Assembly: GCA_002506485.1 (NCBI GenBank)
Contig: DAXQ01000068.1
Span: 1 to 39,167, forward strand
Reading direction: 5' to 3'
Source: Euryarchaeota archaeon UBA136
Lineage (GTDB): Archaea; Thermoplasmatota; Poseidoniia; MGIII; CG-Epi1
Length of the DNA stretch: 39,167 bases
Both the position numbers and the translations under genes were made by a program. Below the pieces are notes generated by a model. The model was not told where the DNA came from and made no database searches. It worked only from the letters and a program-made list of their open reading frames with translations. The stretch's first letter is position 1. Each line of letters opens with the position of its first letter. Positions 1 to 8,436 of this stretch are shown one piece after another.

Positions 1-101
1 TCGTGCTCCTCGACAAGAGCTGTGGAATAACCGGCTTCAGCTAAATTCCAAGCTGTACGTGAACCACTTGGACCAGCCCCTATGACTAATGCATCAAGCA
101 T
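1..101 (-). CDS. FAD-dependent oxidoreductase, geranylgeranyl reductase family (N-terminal fragment, runs off the window)
   Basis: Hand translation from the ATG at 101 gives MLDALVIGAGPSGSRTAWNLAEAGYSTALVEEH, with a GxGxxG Rossmann motif typical of GGR N-termini. It starts 9 nt after the stop of the giant ORF and is absent from the ORF track. Confidence 0.75.
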   Translation of the reverse strand, partial: MLDALVIGAGPSGSRTAWNLAEAGYSTALVEEH

Positions 102-110
102 CTTACTAAA

Positions 111-3100
111 TCACTCAAGTGGAACTAAATCTACTTGACAGCCATCAGTCAAACCTGCATCCTCCAGGCTAATATTGATGTCCACGGCAACGCCATTCAA
201 CATAACTGCGAAGTTTGCATGAGGCAATGGGAATTTACCGACGCAATTCTGCAAGAGCTTGTTAACGGGCATATTCGAAGGTACCTTGACGTTAGCAGTC
301 TTACCATCTAGAGTGGACACGATAGCCACTGCTATTTTGGATGGAGGGGCTGGGGCTTGATCCTCATCTTCCTCTGACTCTTCATCATCTATTCTAGACT
401 TCTTGCCACTACGTCTACGATATATCAACAATGGAATTGCCAGAGCGACTAATCCAATCAACCCAACAACGGGTATTATCAACGGAACACCGCGAATCAG
501 GTCTCTTTCAGTCAAGGTAGTGATAAATTCAATCTCACCTAGAACCGCAGACAGTACGACAGGTAGATCTTGTGTATACTCATCATTGTCCTTACCGTCA
601 CCTGAGTTGGTGTCATCACAAGTATCACATTGTTTAATCTCGAAGTTACCACTGCCTGCGTCTATCGTGAAGGTCAAGAACAGAGTATCCTTATCCTCGT
701 CAGGAACTGTCCATGAGAACTTAATCTCAACGGAATCATCCTTGTTAATGGACTCACCTATTGAGGTTGTAAGTTCAGTACCAGCTCCATCTTCAAACAC
801 AACCGTGAGAGGCTTCGTACCGATCTGCCAATCTGCGTTACCTATGTTCTCAATTGTTACCGTAACCTCGACATCCTCGTCAACCTCTGGATCACGCGGG
901 TCCATCACAACCTTCTTGATCTTGAAATCAGGCAGTATCTCGAACTGGACCTCTACGCTATTCTGTTCAAAGACCCCTGTGGTCGGATACTCATTGTTAG
1001 CATAACGGTTTAGTTCGTCAAACATTCTGTCTGTATCCGAAGCAAAACCATCACCTTCAGACTCGCACTCAAAGGATTGTATATCGTAGTCGTCACAAAC
1101 TGGGTTAATCTCAGCTCTGAAACTACTCCAGTCATCCTCAGTAGCCTTCCAACGGAAGCGAACATCAGTTGTCTCGCTTGCATCTACATCAAATTTAACA
1201 TATTCCTTGTTAGAACGTTCCGTCAGTATCTCGTTATCAGTGCTGCTGTCTGCCGTGATGTACAGACGAGCATCCCTAACATCTGCTGCACCACTGTTTG
1301 TAACTGTGACAGTGAAGGTAACCGTATCATCAATATTCGGTGTCTGAGCTGAACTACCTGCATATTTGCTGTCAACCCTCATTGAATCTATTCCCAAGTC
1401 AGGCTTTACACGTAACAGATCTGTGTAACGGGCATCATTATTGTTCTCATTAGGTTCGAGAATCTTTCCATTGGAATCATCCTCATCATAATCTGCACGA
1501 ACCTCAACATACCATTCACCACCCTTGATTATCCAATCATCAGATGCGATTGATTTCTTGTTCCCTGATTTGATGTTGGCTTCCTTATCATAAAGCGTGT
1601 AGATGTATGTGTTCTTGGCTTCATCCAGGACAAATCCAGCTATAACTAGGTCATCAATCTCAGTTTGGGTTGTAGGTGATTTCTTTGGATAATAGAACAC
1701 TTCCACACGAACATCATCTGCATCTGCCGTTCCTGAATTTTCAACATCTACCAAAACAACGACCGTATCTTCCTCTTTCACCGTCGTGGCATTTCCTACT
1801 GCTCCATCAATCTCCAACTGGATATCTGATGTCGAGATGGTAAGCTCTGGTCTCTGCACGACCACGGTAAGCATAACCTCTGCACGGGCGCTTGGATCAT
1901 CCTCTTCATCGCGTATCGATATCTCGATTGTTTCATTACCCTCATCTGCATCATCAGCGACCTCCACAAACACCCATAGGTCATCCAATTCTCCATCATC
2001 AATAGAAACCCCTGAGACAGACCACTGCTGCGTCTTTCCACTATCCTGCCAGAACGTAACGGACCAGTCATCCTCCAAGGTGGTTTCCACCTCGGGTATG
2101 TACTTGTCAACGTTTGAACCTGTATTATCCAGTTTAACCTTGAACTTTACACTGTTCTGGCTACTAGTACCCTCATATTCTGGATAGATTTCCTGCTGAC
2201 TGTCAATGGCCGTAGCGGTCAATTCCCTTTTGGGTGAAGCGACCTCAAGTACGACCGAAACAGTCTCTGCGGGTTCCGTACCGCCATTTGGTGAGAACTC
2301 AGTCAGAATCGTATAATTCCCAACATCCGAATCCTGATCTGGTGTTACACACAGGTAAAGATATTTGGATTGACCTGCACCAACACTACCGCTGAAAGAA
2401 GAAGAACAAGTAGATGCTTGATACAGTTCAACATTCCATTCATCTGGATAAGAGGTTGCTATGATATTATCTAATATCGAATCCTGTTTGTTTCCTGTAT
2501 TGGTCAACTTTAAGGTGAATTTCTCCGTGCGTTCTTCAGCGTCAGTCTCTGTCGAAGGATAAGATGTTATTTGACTATCTCCAATAATTTCTATCTTAGC
2601 GCCATATATCTGCCCAATAACTGTAGTCAACCCAACAGTGGAACTTTCTGATAAATCACCTTCTGACTTGACCTTTATCGTAATCTCATAATCAGTGCCC
2701 TGCAAGGCAGTTCTTTCCAGATTCGTAAGATTAGCCAAATCATAAGTTGGTAGAGTAATGGAAACCGTGACAGAACCTGTTCGCTCCTTATCTAGTGAAA
2801 CTTGGGTTCGATTCAATGAAGCCCAGGACAGGTCATCGTCCAATACAGACACAATCATTGTGTCTTGCCCATCCCCTATATTTTTAATGTCAACCGTAAA
2901 GTTTGCAGTAGTTCCAGGAAGTTTTGAGACCGAAATCACATCTGCGTTTACTTCAACGCCCCTAGCTAACGTAACATCAACCTTGAAAGTAAGTTCATAG
3001 TTAGATTTGGCGCCTTCTTCATCACAAGTAGCACAATCAGATATACCTTTCACCACTATATCATAAACTTGATCTGCTGTATCTTCAGGAACTGTTACAA

Positions 3101-5444
3101 ACAAAGATACTTGTTCCTGACCTCCTTCCGCAACACTAACATAATTACTACTGAAAGACACTGAAGTCCAACCATCTGGTGCTGTAGCTGACAACGCAAC
3201 CACGTCATCACCAGTACCCTTGTTAACAACATCAAAGCCTACCGAAGTCGGGATTCCGACAGTGGCGTCAACATTTATATCACCAGGATTATCCAAATCA
3301 AATTCAATCCAGTACTCCTGATTTACAATAGTGATTATGCTAACCGTGGTATTGACATACTTGGGTGGATTCTCCTTGCGGGCCTCATCGGATGATGCTG
3401 TAAGATTAATCGTAAACGCCTTGTTATTTTCCCCCGAACGTATAGATACACTCAGATTCACAATTTCCTCACCGCCTGCAGGAACATCTTCAACCTGGAA
3501 TGATACTGGATCTACAGACCAGCCCTCTGGATAATCATCTATAGAAACTGAGAAGGTATCGTCACCGGTTCCTTCATTCTGGATCCTGACTGCATAAGTT
3601 ATTGTTGAACCTGGATCACCACTCATAGATGATACTATCACATCTACCTTGAACTGTTTATTGACACTTACCTTGACTGTACCGGTATCATTAACATTCA
3701 GATTATCTTCTGAAGTTCCTCTGACGATGATATCATTGTCACCAACAGTTGCATCATCATCTATATTGACTGTGAGATTGACTGTAGTTGATTCGCCACT
3801 TGTCAATTCAACTTCATCTAATATAGAACCCCAAACTGCTTTTTCACCTTCTAATGACAAGGTAAACGTGTCATCTCCATTGCCCTTGTTCTTGACCAGT
3901 ATCTGATAACTTAATTCATCTCCCGGATCCCCTTTCTTGGAACTATCTCCTGAAACCTGTACAGAAACCTCGTAGATTTGCTGTACGTTTATGTATATGT
4001 TCTTAGAGTTAGTAGTTTCTCCATCTTCAGAGGTTGCTCTGACTATCAAGATATAACCATTTTTTGCCTCTGTATCTTTAGGTGGAGTTACTCGCAATGT
4101 TGTGGTATCATTTGTACCTGCCTCAAGAATGAAAGATGACCCCCCAAGTTGTCCCCAGCTAGAATTTCCGCCTATCAATGCCAAGGAAATATCATCTTCA
4201 CCGTTACCATCATTTGCAATTTTAATAGTGAAATTAACCTGTTCCTCGGGTTTGGCAGACATCGTGTCTTCACCTACTATTGATAATTTAGGTTCAAAAT
4301 TCTGCAAAACCGTTGTTCGTGAAGTGTAGGTAGAATTAACTGAAGAATTGTAATCAGATGAAATCGTGACAATTATACTGGTTTCAGCCTCTGCTGCAGC
4401 GTCATCTGGTGCCTTGACAACCAAGACGTCAGTTAAGGTAATATTCTCATCAATACCAAGATTGCTGATTTTGTCCTGATCCAATGAAGCTACCCAACCA
4501 GTTGGTAATGATGATGTGTCAACAACAAGATTAAATGTATCGACAGCATTTCCTTTGTTCGTGACTTCAAAGGAATAGTAAACTCGTTTACCTGCTTCAA
4601 CATCTTTTGAACTAGAACCAGCCTTATCAACCTGAAGGGCTGGGAGTTGATTTACTTTCACAGTTATTGAAGTAGAAGACTTTGTTTCCGTATCCCCTGA
4701 AGTAGCAATTACTGAAACACTCTTCAAACCTGCAACTGCTTCAATATCTGGAGTTACTGAAAGATTAAAATGACCTACTCCACCAATGGCAAGAGTTAAG
4801 GTTGAAGGTTGTGGAGTTATATCCCATTGATCAACACCATTAGCATTGAATGAAATTGTTACACTGTCCTCATCGTTACCCCCTGTGTTCTTGACAGTAA
4901 TGTGATATTTGACATTCTCATTAGGATTAACGTTCTTTTCTCCCTCAACTGCTGTAATTGTAGTCCCATAAACATGATTTACAATAATACCTGCGGTCTG
5001 AGTTTTAGTCTGACCGCCATCGTCTGTATGTTGTGATTTAGACTTGAAACTAATCTGTGCTGTTTCACCAGCCTTTGCTGTGGGGTTTGTGCGATTAGCT
5101 ATTTTAACAAACAAAGTAGCAGTGCCTGAATCTCCATCATCAACAGAGATTTCTGTCGGAATAATGTAGGCTGTATACCCTGCGGGAACAGTAGAGTTAG
5201 TGACAGACATGTCGTAAGTATCATCCTTATCACCAGTATTCTCAATAGTAATTGAAAATTGGACTAGCTGCTCTGGATCTCCATTCTGATTGTCGGGTGT
5301 AAACGTCATTGAATGTTCATAGTCATCAATTGCAGACGCCTCACCTGAAATTAGAAGAAAACCTACACATACTAACACGAATGCTAGAGTGTTCACAAGC
5401 CATTTGTTACGGTTCAAACTCATTGCTATACCTAGCATTTTCAT
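111..5444 (-). CDS. Giant cell-surface protein: signal peptide, about 10 NEW3-like and 3 CARDB-like Ig-fold repeats, C-terminal TM helix, cytoplasmic ubiquitin-like domain
   Basis: Hydrophobic signal ends in ASA. An NxG(N/T/D)xxD motif recurs about every 105-130 aa (10 copies), followed by 3 CARDB-type VxNxGxAD units. TM segment GVPLIIPVVGLIGLVALAIPLLIY is followed by RRRSGKK, an acidic linker and a 75-aa beta-grasp-like tail. The true start may be the ATG at 5423 (MSLNRNKW), judged by TATA spacing. Confidence 0.85.
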   Translation of the reverse strand: MKMLGIAMSLNRNKWLVNTLAFVLVCVGFLLISGEASAIDDYEHSMTFTPDNQNGDPEQLVQFSITIENTGDKDDTYDMSVTNSTVPAGYTAYIIPTEISVDDGDSGTATLFVKIANRTNPTAKAGETAQISFKSKSQHTDDGGQTKTQTAGIIVNHVYGTTITAVEGEKNVNPNENVKYHITVKNTGGNDEDSVTISFNANGVDQWDITPQPSTLTLAIGGVGHFNLSVTPDIEAVAGLKSVSVIATSGDTETKSSTSITVKVNQLPALQVDKAGSSSKDVEAGKRVYYSFEVTNKGNAVDTFNLVVDTSSLPTGWVASLDQDKISNLGIDENITLTDVLVVKAPDDAAAEAETSIIVTISSDYNSSVNSTYTSRTTVLQNFEPKLSIVGEDTMSAKPEEQVNFTIKIANDGNGEDDISLALIGGNSSWGQLGGSSFILEAGTNDTTTLRVTPPKDTEAKNGYILIVRATSEDGETTNSKNIYINVQQIYEVSVQVSGDSSKKGDPGDELSYQILVKNKGNGDDTFTLSLEGEKAVWGSILDEVELTSGESTTVNLTVNIDDDATVGDNDIIVRGTSEDNLNVNDTGTVKVSVNKQFKVDVIVSSMSGDPGSTITYAVRIQNEGTGDDTFSVSIDDYPEGWSVDPVSFQVEDVPAGGEEIVNLSVSIRSGENNKAFTINLTASSDEARKENPPKYVNTTVSIITIVNQEYWIEFDLDNPGDINVDATVGIPTSVGFDVVNKGTGDDVVALSATAPDGWTSVSFSSNYVSVAEGGQEQVSLFVTVPEDTADQVYDIVVKGISDCATCDEEGAKSNYELTFKVDVTLARGVEVNADVISVSKLPGTTANFTVDIKNIGDGQDTMIVSVLDDDLSWASLNRTQVSLDKERTGSVTVSITLPTYDLANLTNLERTALQGTDYEITIKVKSEGDLSESSTVGLTTVIGQIYGAKIEIIGDSQITSYPSTETDAEERTEKFTLKLTNTGNKQDSILDNIIATSYPDEWNVELYQASTCSSSFSGSVGAGQSKYLYLCVTPDQDSDVGNYTILTEFSPNGGTEPAETVSVVLEVASPKRELTATAIDSQQEIYPEYEGTSSQNSVKFKVKLDNTGSNVDKYIPEVETTLEDDWSVTFWQDSGKTQQWSVSGVSIDDGELDDLWVFVEVADDADEGNETIEISIRDEEDDPSARAEVMLTVVVQRPELTISTSDIQLEIDGAVGNATTVKEEDTVVVLVDVENSGTADADDVRVEVFYYPKKSPTTQTEIDDLVIAGFVLDEAKNTYIYTLYDKEANIKSGNKKSIASDDWIIKGGEWYVEVRADYDEDDSNGKILEPNENNNDARYTDLLRVKPDLGIDSMRVDSKYAGSSAQTPNIDDTVTFTVTVTNSGAADVRDARLYITADSSTDNEILTERSNKEYVKFDVDASETTDVRFRWKATEDDWSSFRAEINPVCDDYDIQSFECESEGDGFASDTDRMFDELNRYANNEYPTTGVFEQNSVEVQFEILPDFKIKKVVMDPRDPEVDEDVEVTVTIENIGNADWQIGTKPLTVVFEDGAGTELTTSIGESINKDDSVEIKFSWTVPDEDKDTLFLTFTIDAGSGNFEIKQCDTCDDTNSGDGKDNDEYTQDLPVVLSAVLGEIEFITTLTERDLIRGVPLIIPVVGLIGLVALAIPLLIYRRRSGKKSRIDDEESEEDEDQAPAPPSKIAVAIVSTLDGKTANVKVPSNMPVNKLLQNCVGKFPLPHANFAVMLNGVAVDINISLEDAGLTDGCQVDLVPLE

Positions 5445-5473
5445 CAGAAAGATGCATATAAAGGTTCGTGAAT

Positions 5474-5501
5474 AACTATTAATAATAGTTGATAACTATT
5501 A
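5474..5501. promoter_or_regulatory. Operator-like triple repeat AACTATTA (direct-inverted-direct) in a divergent promoter
   Basis: AACTATTA 5474-5481, TAATAGTT 5483-5490 and AACTATTA 5494-5501. It overlaps TATA-like TATTAATA about 26 nt upstream of the ATG at 5506. A TATA-like TTTATATG for the minus-strand gene lies at 5462-5455. Confidence 0.6.
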
Positions 5502-5505
5502 CTAT

Positions 5506-5796
5506 ATGAGTAACTCCTATTCACTACCTCCAATATTAGTCTCACAGATTGAATCTCTCGTCGATTCAGGACACTTTAGCAGCCGTTCTGATGTAGTCAA
5601 GGAAGCATTGCGTTTTATGCTTGAAAAGAAAAATCACCTTAGGTATGCTTCAGCTGTTGGAATGTACAAAAAAGGAAAGGCAACTTTGACTAAAGGAGCT
5701 GAAATTGCTGGCGTATCTTCCGATATGTTCAGAAGTATTTTGAACGATCAAGGCATAATACCTCCAGATGCAGTTGAATGGGAATCTATAGAGTAA
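5506..5796 (+). CDS. Ribbon-helix-helix (CopG/Arc/MetJ) regulator fused to a UPF0175-like HTH
   Basis: N-terminal SLP..L...IESLV.SG.FSSRSDVVKEALR is an RHH signature. C-terminal AV.MY..GKATL.KGAEIAGVS...F..IL...GI resembles UPF0175. Confidence 0.8.
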   Translation: MSNSYSLPPILVSQIESLVDSGHFSSRSDVVKEALRFMLEKKNHLRYASAVGMYKKGKATLTKGAEIAGVSSDMFRSILNDQGIIPPDAVEWESIE

Positions 5797-5806
5797 TTCT
5801 TTATAT

Positions 5807-6910
5807 ATGAATCGTCTTAAAAAAAGGTACTCTGAAATTCTGGATTGGTTAGAATCCTTAAACGAGAACAAAATAGTTCCCGGGCTTGACCGAATGCAAG
5901 AATTGATGCATTATTTAGGAAATCCTGAAAAAGAACTGGAGATTATCATGATTGGAGGGACAAATGCCAAAGGAAGTACCTGTTTCAGCCTTAATTCAAC
6001 CCTGACCAAGGTAGGAATCAAGACTGGATGCTTTACCTCCCCTCATCTTCATTCCGTTAGGGAAAGAATTCTTTTAGGTAATGAATTAATTCCGATAGAG
6101 GAATTCCATGCATATCTGTCCAAAATAAAGGAAATTACTACGGAATTCCAAATCAAGCCGACCTACTTTGAAGTCCTAACAGCTATGGCCTACCATTATT
6201 TCAATTCCAAGAATGTAGATTATGCCATAATGGAGATTGGATTGGGAGGAGAATGGGATGCCGTTAACATAGGCCAAGCAAGAATTGCGATTTTGACCAC
6301 ATTGGGTTTGGATCATGAAGAGTATCTTGGGAATACACTTGAATCTATTGCAATGACCAAATCAAAGATTGTAAAGGATAAAACAGTAGTAATCACTGGT
6401 TGGCCAAAGGAATATCACAAATTTATACCCCAATGCTGGAACTTTAATTATGGAAAAGATATCAACGACTGGATAGGATATGTCTTGAAAGTTCTGAAAT
6501 TAGACTGCCCCGTGAGTATAATCCCAATACCTGGAAGATACGAAATTGCAGAAAATTTTACTTTGGATACTGCACACAATACCCAAGCAATCAGATTTCT
6601 GATGAATAAAAAGGGAGATTATCAGAAGATTTTGATTGGTATCCTCAAAGACAAAGATATCGAGAATATTATCTGTTCCTTTCCAAAAGACTGTGAGGTT
6701 CTTGTTTGTAACCTAGAAACTGAAAGAGGTGTGTCCAGTTCAAAACTTAGTGAAATATGTCTGAAACACGGATATCAGAGCACTGAATTTGCAGGGGTCA
6801 GTGATGCTATGGAATATGCGGCCCATCACAAGACACTAGTTACCGGTTCTTTCTATACTGTATCTGCCGCAAGGGAATTTCTGAAGCTGGAAGGCTATGA
6901 TGAACTATAA
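5807..6910 (+). CDS. folC: Folylpolyglutamate synthase / dihydrofolate synthase (FolC)
   Basis: Motifs GGTNAKGST, FTSPHL...RERI, TYFE..TAMA, E.GLGGEWDA.N, LGLDH...LG.TL..IA..K, DTAHN and VTGSFY. Confidence 0.9.
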   Translation: MNRLKKRYSEILDWLESLNENKIVPGLDRMQELMHYLGNPEKELEIIMIGGTNAKGSTCFSLNSTLTKVGIKTGCFTSPHLHSVRERILLGNELIPIEEFHAYLSKIKEITTEFQIKPTYFEVLTAMAYHYFNSKNVDYAIMEIGLGGEWDAVNIGQARIAILTTLGLDHEEYLGNTLESIAMTKSKIVKDKTVVITGWPKEYHKFIPQCWNFNYGKDINDWIGYVLKVLKLDCPVSIIPIPGRYEIAENFTLDTAHNTQAIRFLMNKKGDYQKILIGILKDKDIENIICSFPKDCEVLVCNLETERGVSSSKLSEICLKHGYQSTEFAGVSDAMEYAAHHKTLVTGSFYTVSAAREFLKLEGYDEL

Positions 6911-6912
6911 TT

Positions 6913-7893
6913 ATGACCTCTGAACTTAACAATGAAATGAGAGACCAAAGGATTCTCGTCCTAGCCTTTTCTGCGATTCTACTGGGTACCTCGTTCGGAG
7001 GATGCTTGGGGAACGGATTGTTGTCTGACGATGGAGACTCGATTTCAATTTCAGCTCCTATCTGGAACAAGGGGCATTACTGGGAATACGGGATTAAAAC
7101 CGCTGACATTGAGATAGCTACTACTATGATTGTTGCAGCTGATGACAATGTAACTGACTACTACATAGGTACTGCCTCGCTAATAGATGCAAAGAGACAT
7201 GCTGTTCTAAACTACAATCCTGCTTTAGGACGAGTACGAGTGTCTGATTTCTCAATATACGAGAATAACGTAGCCCAACTCCTGTTTGACTTTCCACTTG
7301 AAAAGAATAAGGATTGGTCATTCAGCTTGTATGGAAAAGGTGGTTTTGCCGCTACGGTTGTCGATATCCAAGCTGATCGAGCTGATATTGTAGCTACCAA
7401 TAGTGATGGGGCAAGAATTGATTACAATTTCGACGTGGATACAAAATGGATAAATTCCTTCGTATTCACGGAATCTACTGGGGAAACTATATTGGAAATG
7501 CAACTAGCTAAACACGGAGATGACTATACAGGGAACTCCTATTTCTGTAGAGGTGGTGATTTATACGATGAGGAATTTATCGGTCCTGATTTTGGATATT
7601 ATGACACCGAATTCGCTAATGAAGGACATGAACGATATGGACCTTGGGAATACATTGTATACTACTTGGAGGCTAAGATTGGTTCAGAACCAGGAAGCGG
7701 TGGAGAATTGATATTACGTGACCATGAAAGTACCGATATTCTGGTGGAAACCTTTAGCCCTGGAAATAGCAAGAACGAACTAGGAACTGTTATGGGAACC
7801 AGTGGAAACTGGACACTGGAAATATCGCTTTCCGGAGACGCTGACGTCAGGATTCGAATAGCTGGAGCCATAGAATATTCGTATGCTGTTTGA
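6913..7893 (+). CDS. Predicted lipoprotein of unknown function
   Basis: Hydrophobic N-terminal stretch ends in lipobox-like FGGC. The mature part is acidic and beta-rich, starting with APIWNKGHYWEY. Confidence 0.65.
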   Translation: MTSELNNEMRDQRILVLAFSAILLGTSFGGCLGNGLLSDDGDSISISAPIWNKGHYWEYGIKTADIEIATTMIVAADDNVTDYYIGTASLIDAKRHAVLNYNPALGRVRVSDFSIYENNVAQLLFDFPLEKNKDWSFSLYGKGGFAATVVDIQADRADIVATNSDGARIDYNFDVDTKWINSFVFTESTGETILEMQLAKHGDDYTGNSYFCRGGDLYDEEFIGPDFGYYDTEFANEGHERYGPWEYIVYYLEAKIGSEPGSGGELILRDHESTDILVETFSPGNSKNELGTVMGTSGNWTLEISLSGDADVRIRIAGAIEYSYAV

Positions 7894-8433
7894 TTACCTT
7901 ACAAAAAGACGATATTTCTGATCGGTCTCCTTGATTTCATTTTCAATTCTATGTGAAATATATTTCTCCGGATTTCGAAAATTTGGGATTTTCTCTTCCA
8001 TTTCTCTGAAAGCAGTATAAGGTCTATTTTTAACAATCAGATTCATAGTCTTCTTGCCCAATCCTGGTATCAGTTCAAGTGAATGATATCTTCGTGAGAT
8101 TGGACCTGCATGGTTATAGAATTGAATGAATTTTTCCTCATTCTCACGTACGATTTCGTCCAGTACAAAAACAAGTTCAGACTGGGCTGTGTGGGTCAAC
8201 TCTTTATAATTCACCCTAGCTCTAACATGGTCTATCTGTGTTCTTTCCTCGGTCTCCTTGCCAATATAACAGCGATCTCCTATATTGATAGCTGCCTCAG
8301 GCACCGGTTTCATATCAAAAATCTTGAACTCTTCGATTCCCAAACCATAAATCACAGGTTCTCTCCGGAAACGACGCTTACTATCTGGCCTTCCTTCAGT
8401 TAATACATCGAGAACATACGCGTAATCTTCCAT
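7894..8433 (-). CDS. DUF655 family putative RNA-binding protein (HhH motif)
   Basis: EDYAYVLD, G.E.F..F, FYN.AGPIS.RYHSLELIPGLGKK and KYRLFV motifs. Conserved archaeal position after rpo4. Confidence 0.9.
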   Translation of the reverse strand: MEDYAYVLDVLTEGRPDSKRRFRREPVIYGLGIEEFKIFDMKPVPEAAINIGDRCYIGKETEERTQIDHVRARVNYKELTHTAQSELVFVLDEIVRENEEKFIQFYNHAGPISRRYHSLELIPGLGKKTMNLIVKNRPYTAFREMEEKIPNFRNPEKYISHRIENEIKETDQKYRLFVR

Positions 8434-8436
8434 AAT

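Noticed and set aside
403-4329. Several plus-strand ORFs (up to 200 aa) opposite the giant gene
   Set aside because: These are Ser/Leu/Thr-rich antisense shadows of an Asp/Glu-rich protein, with no motifs or RBS.
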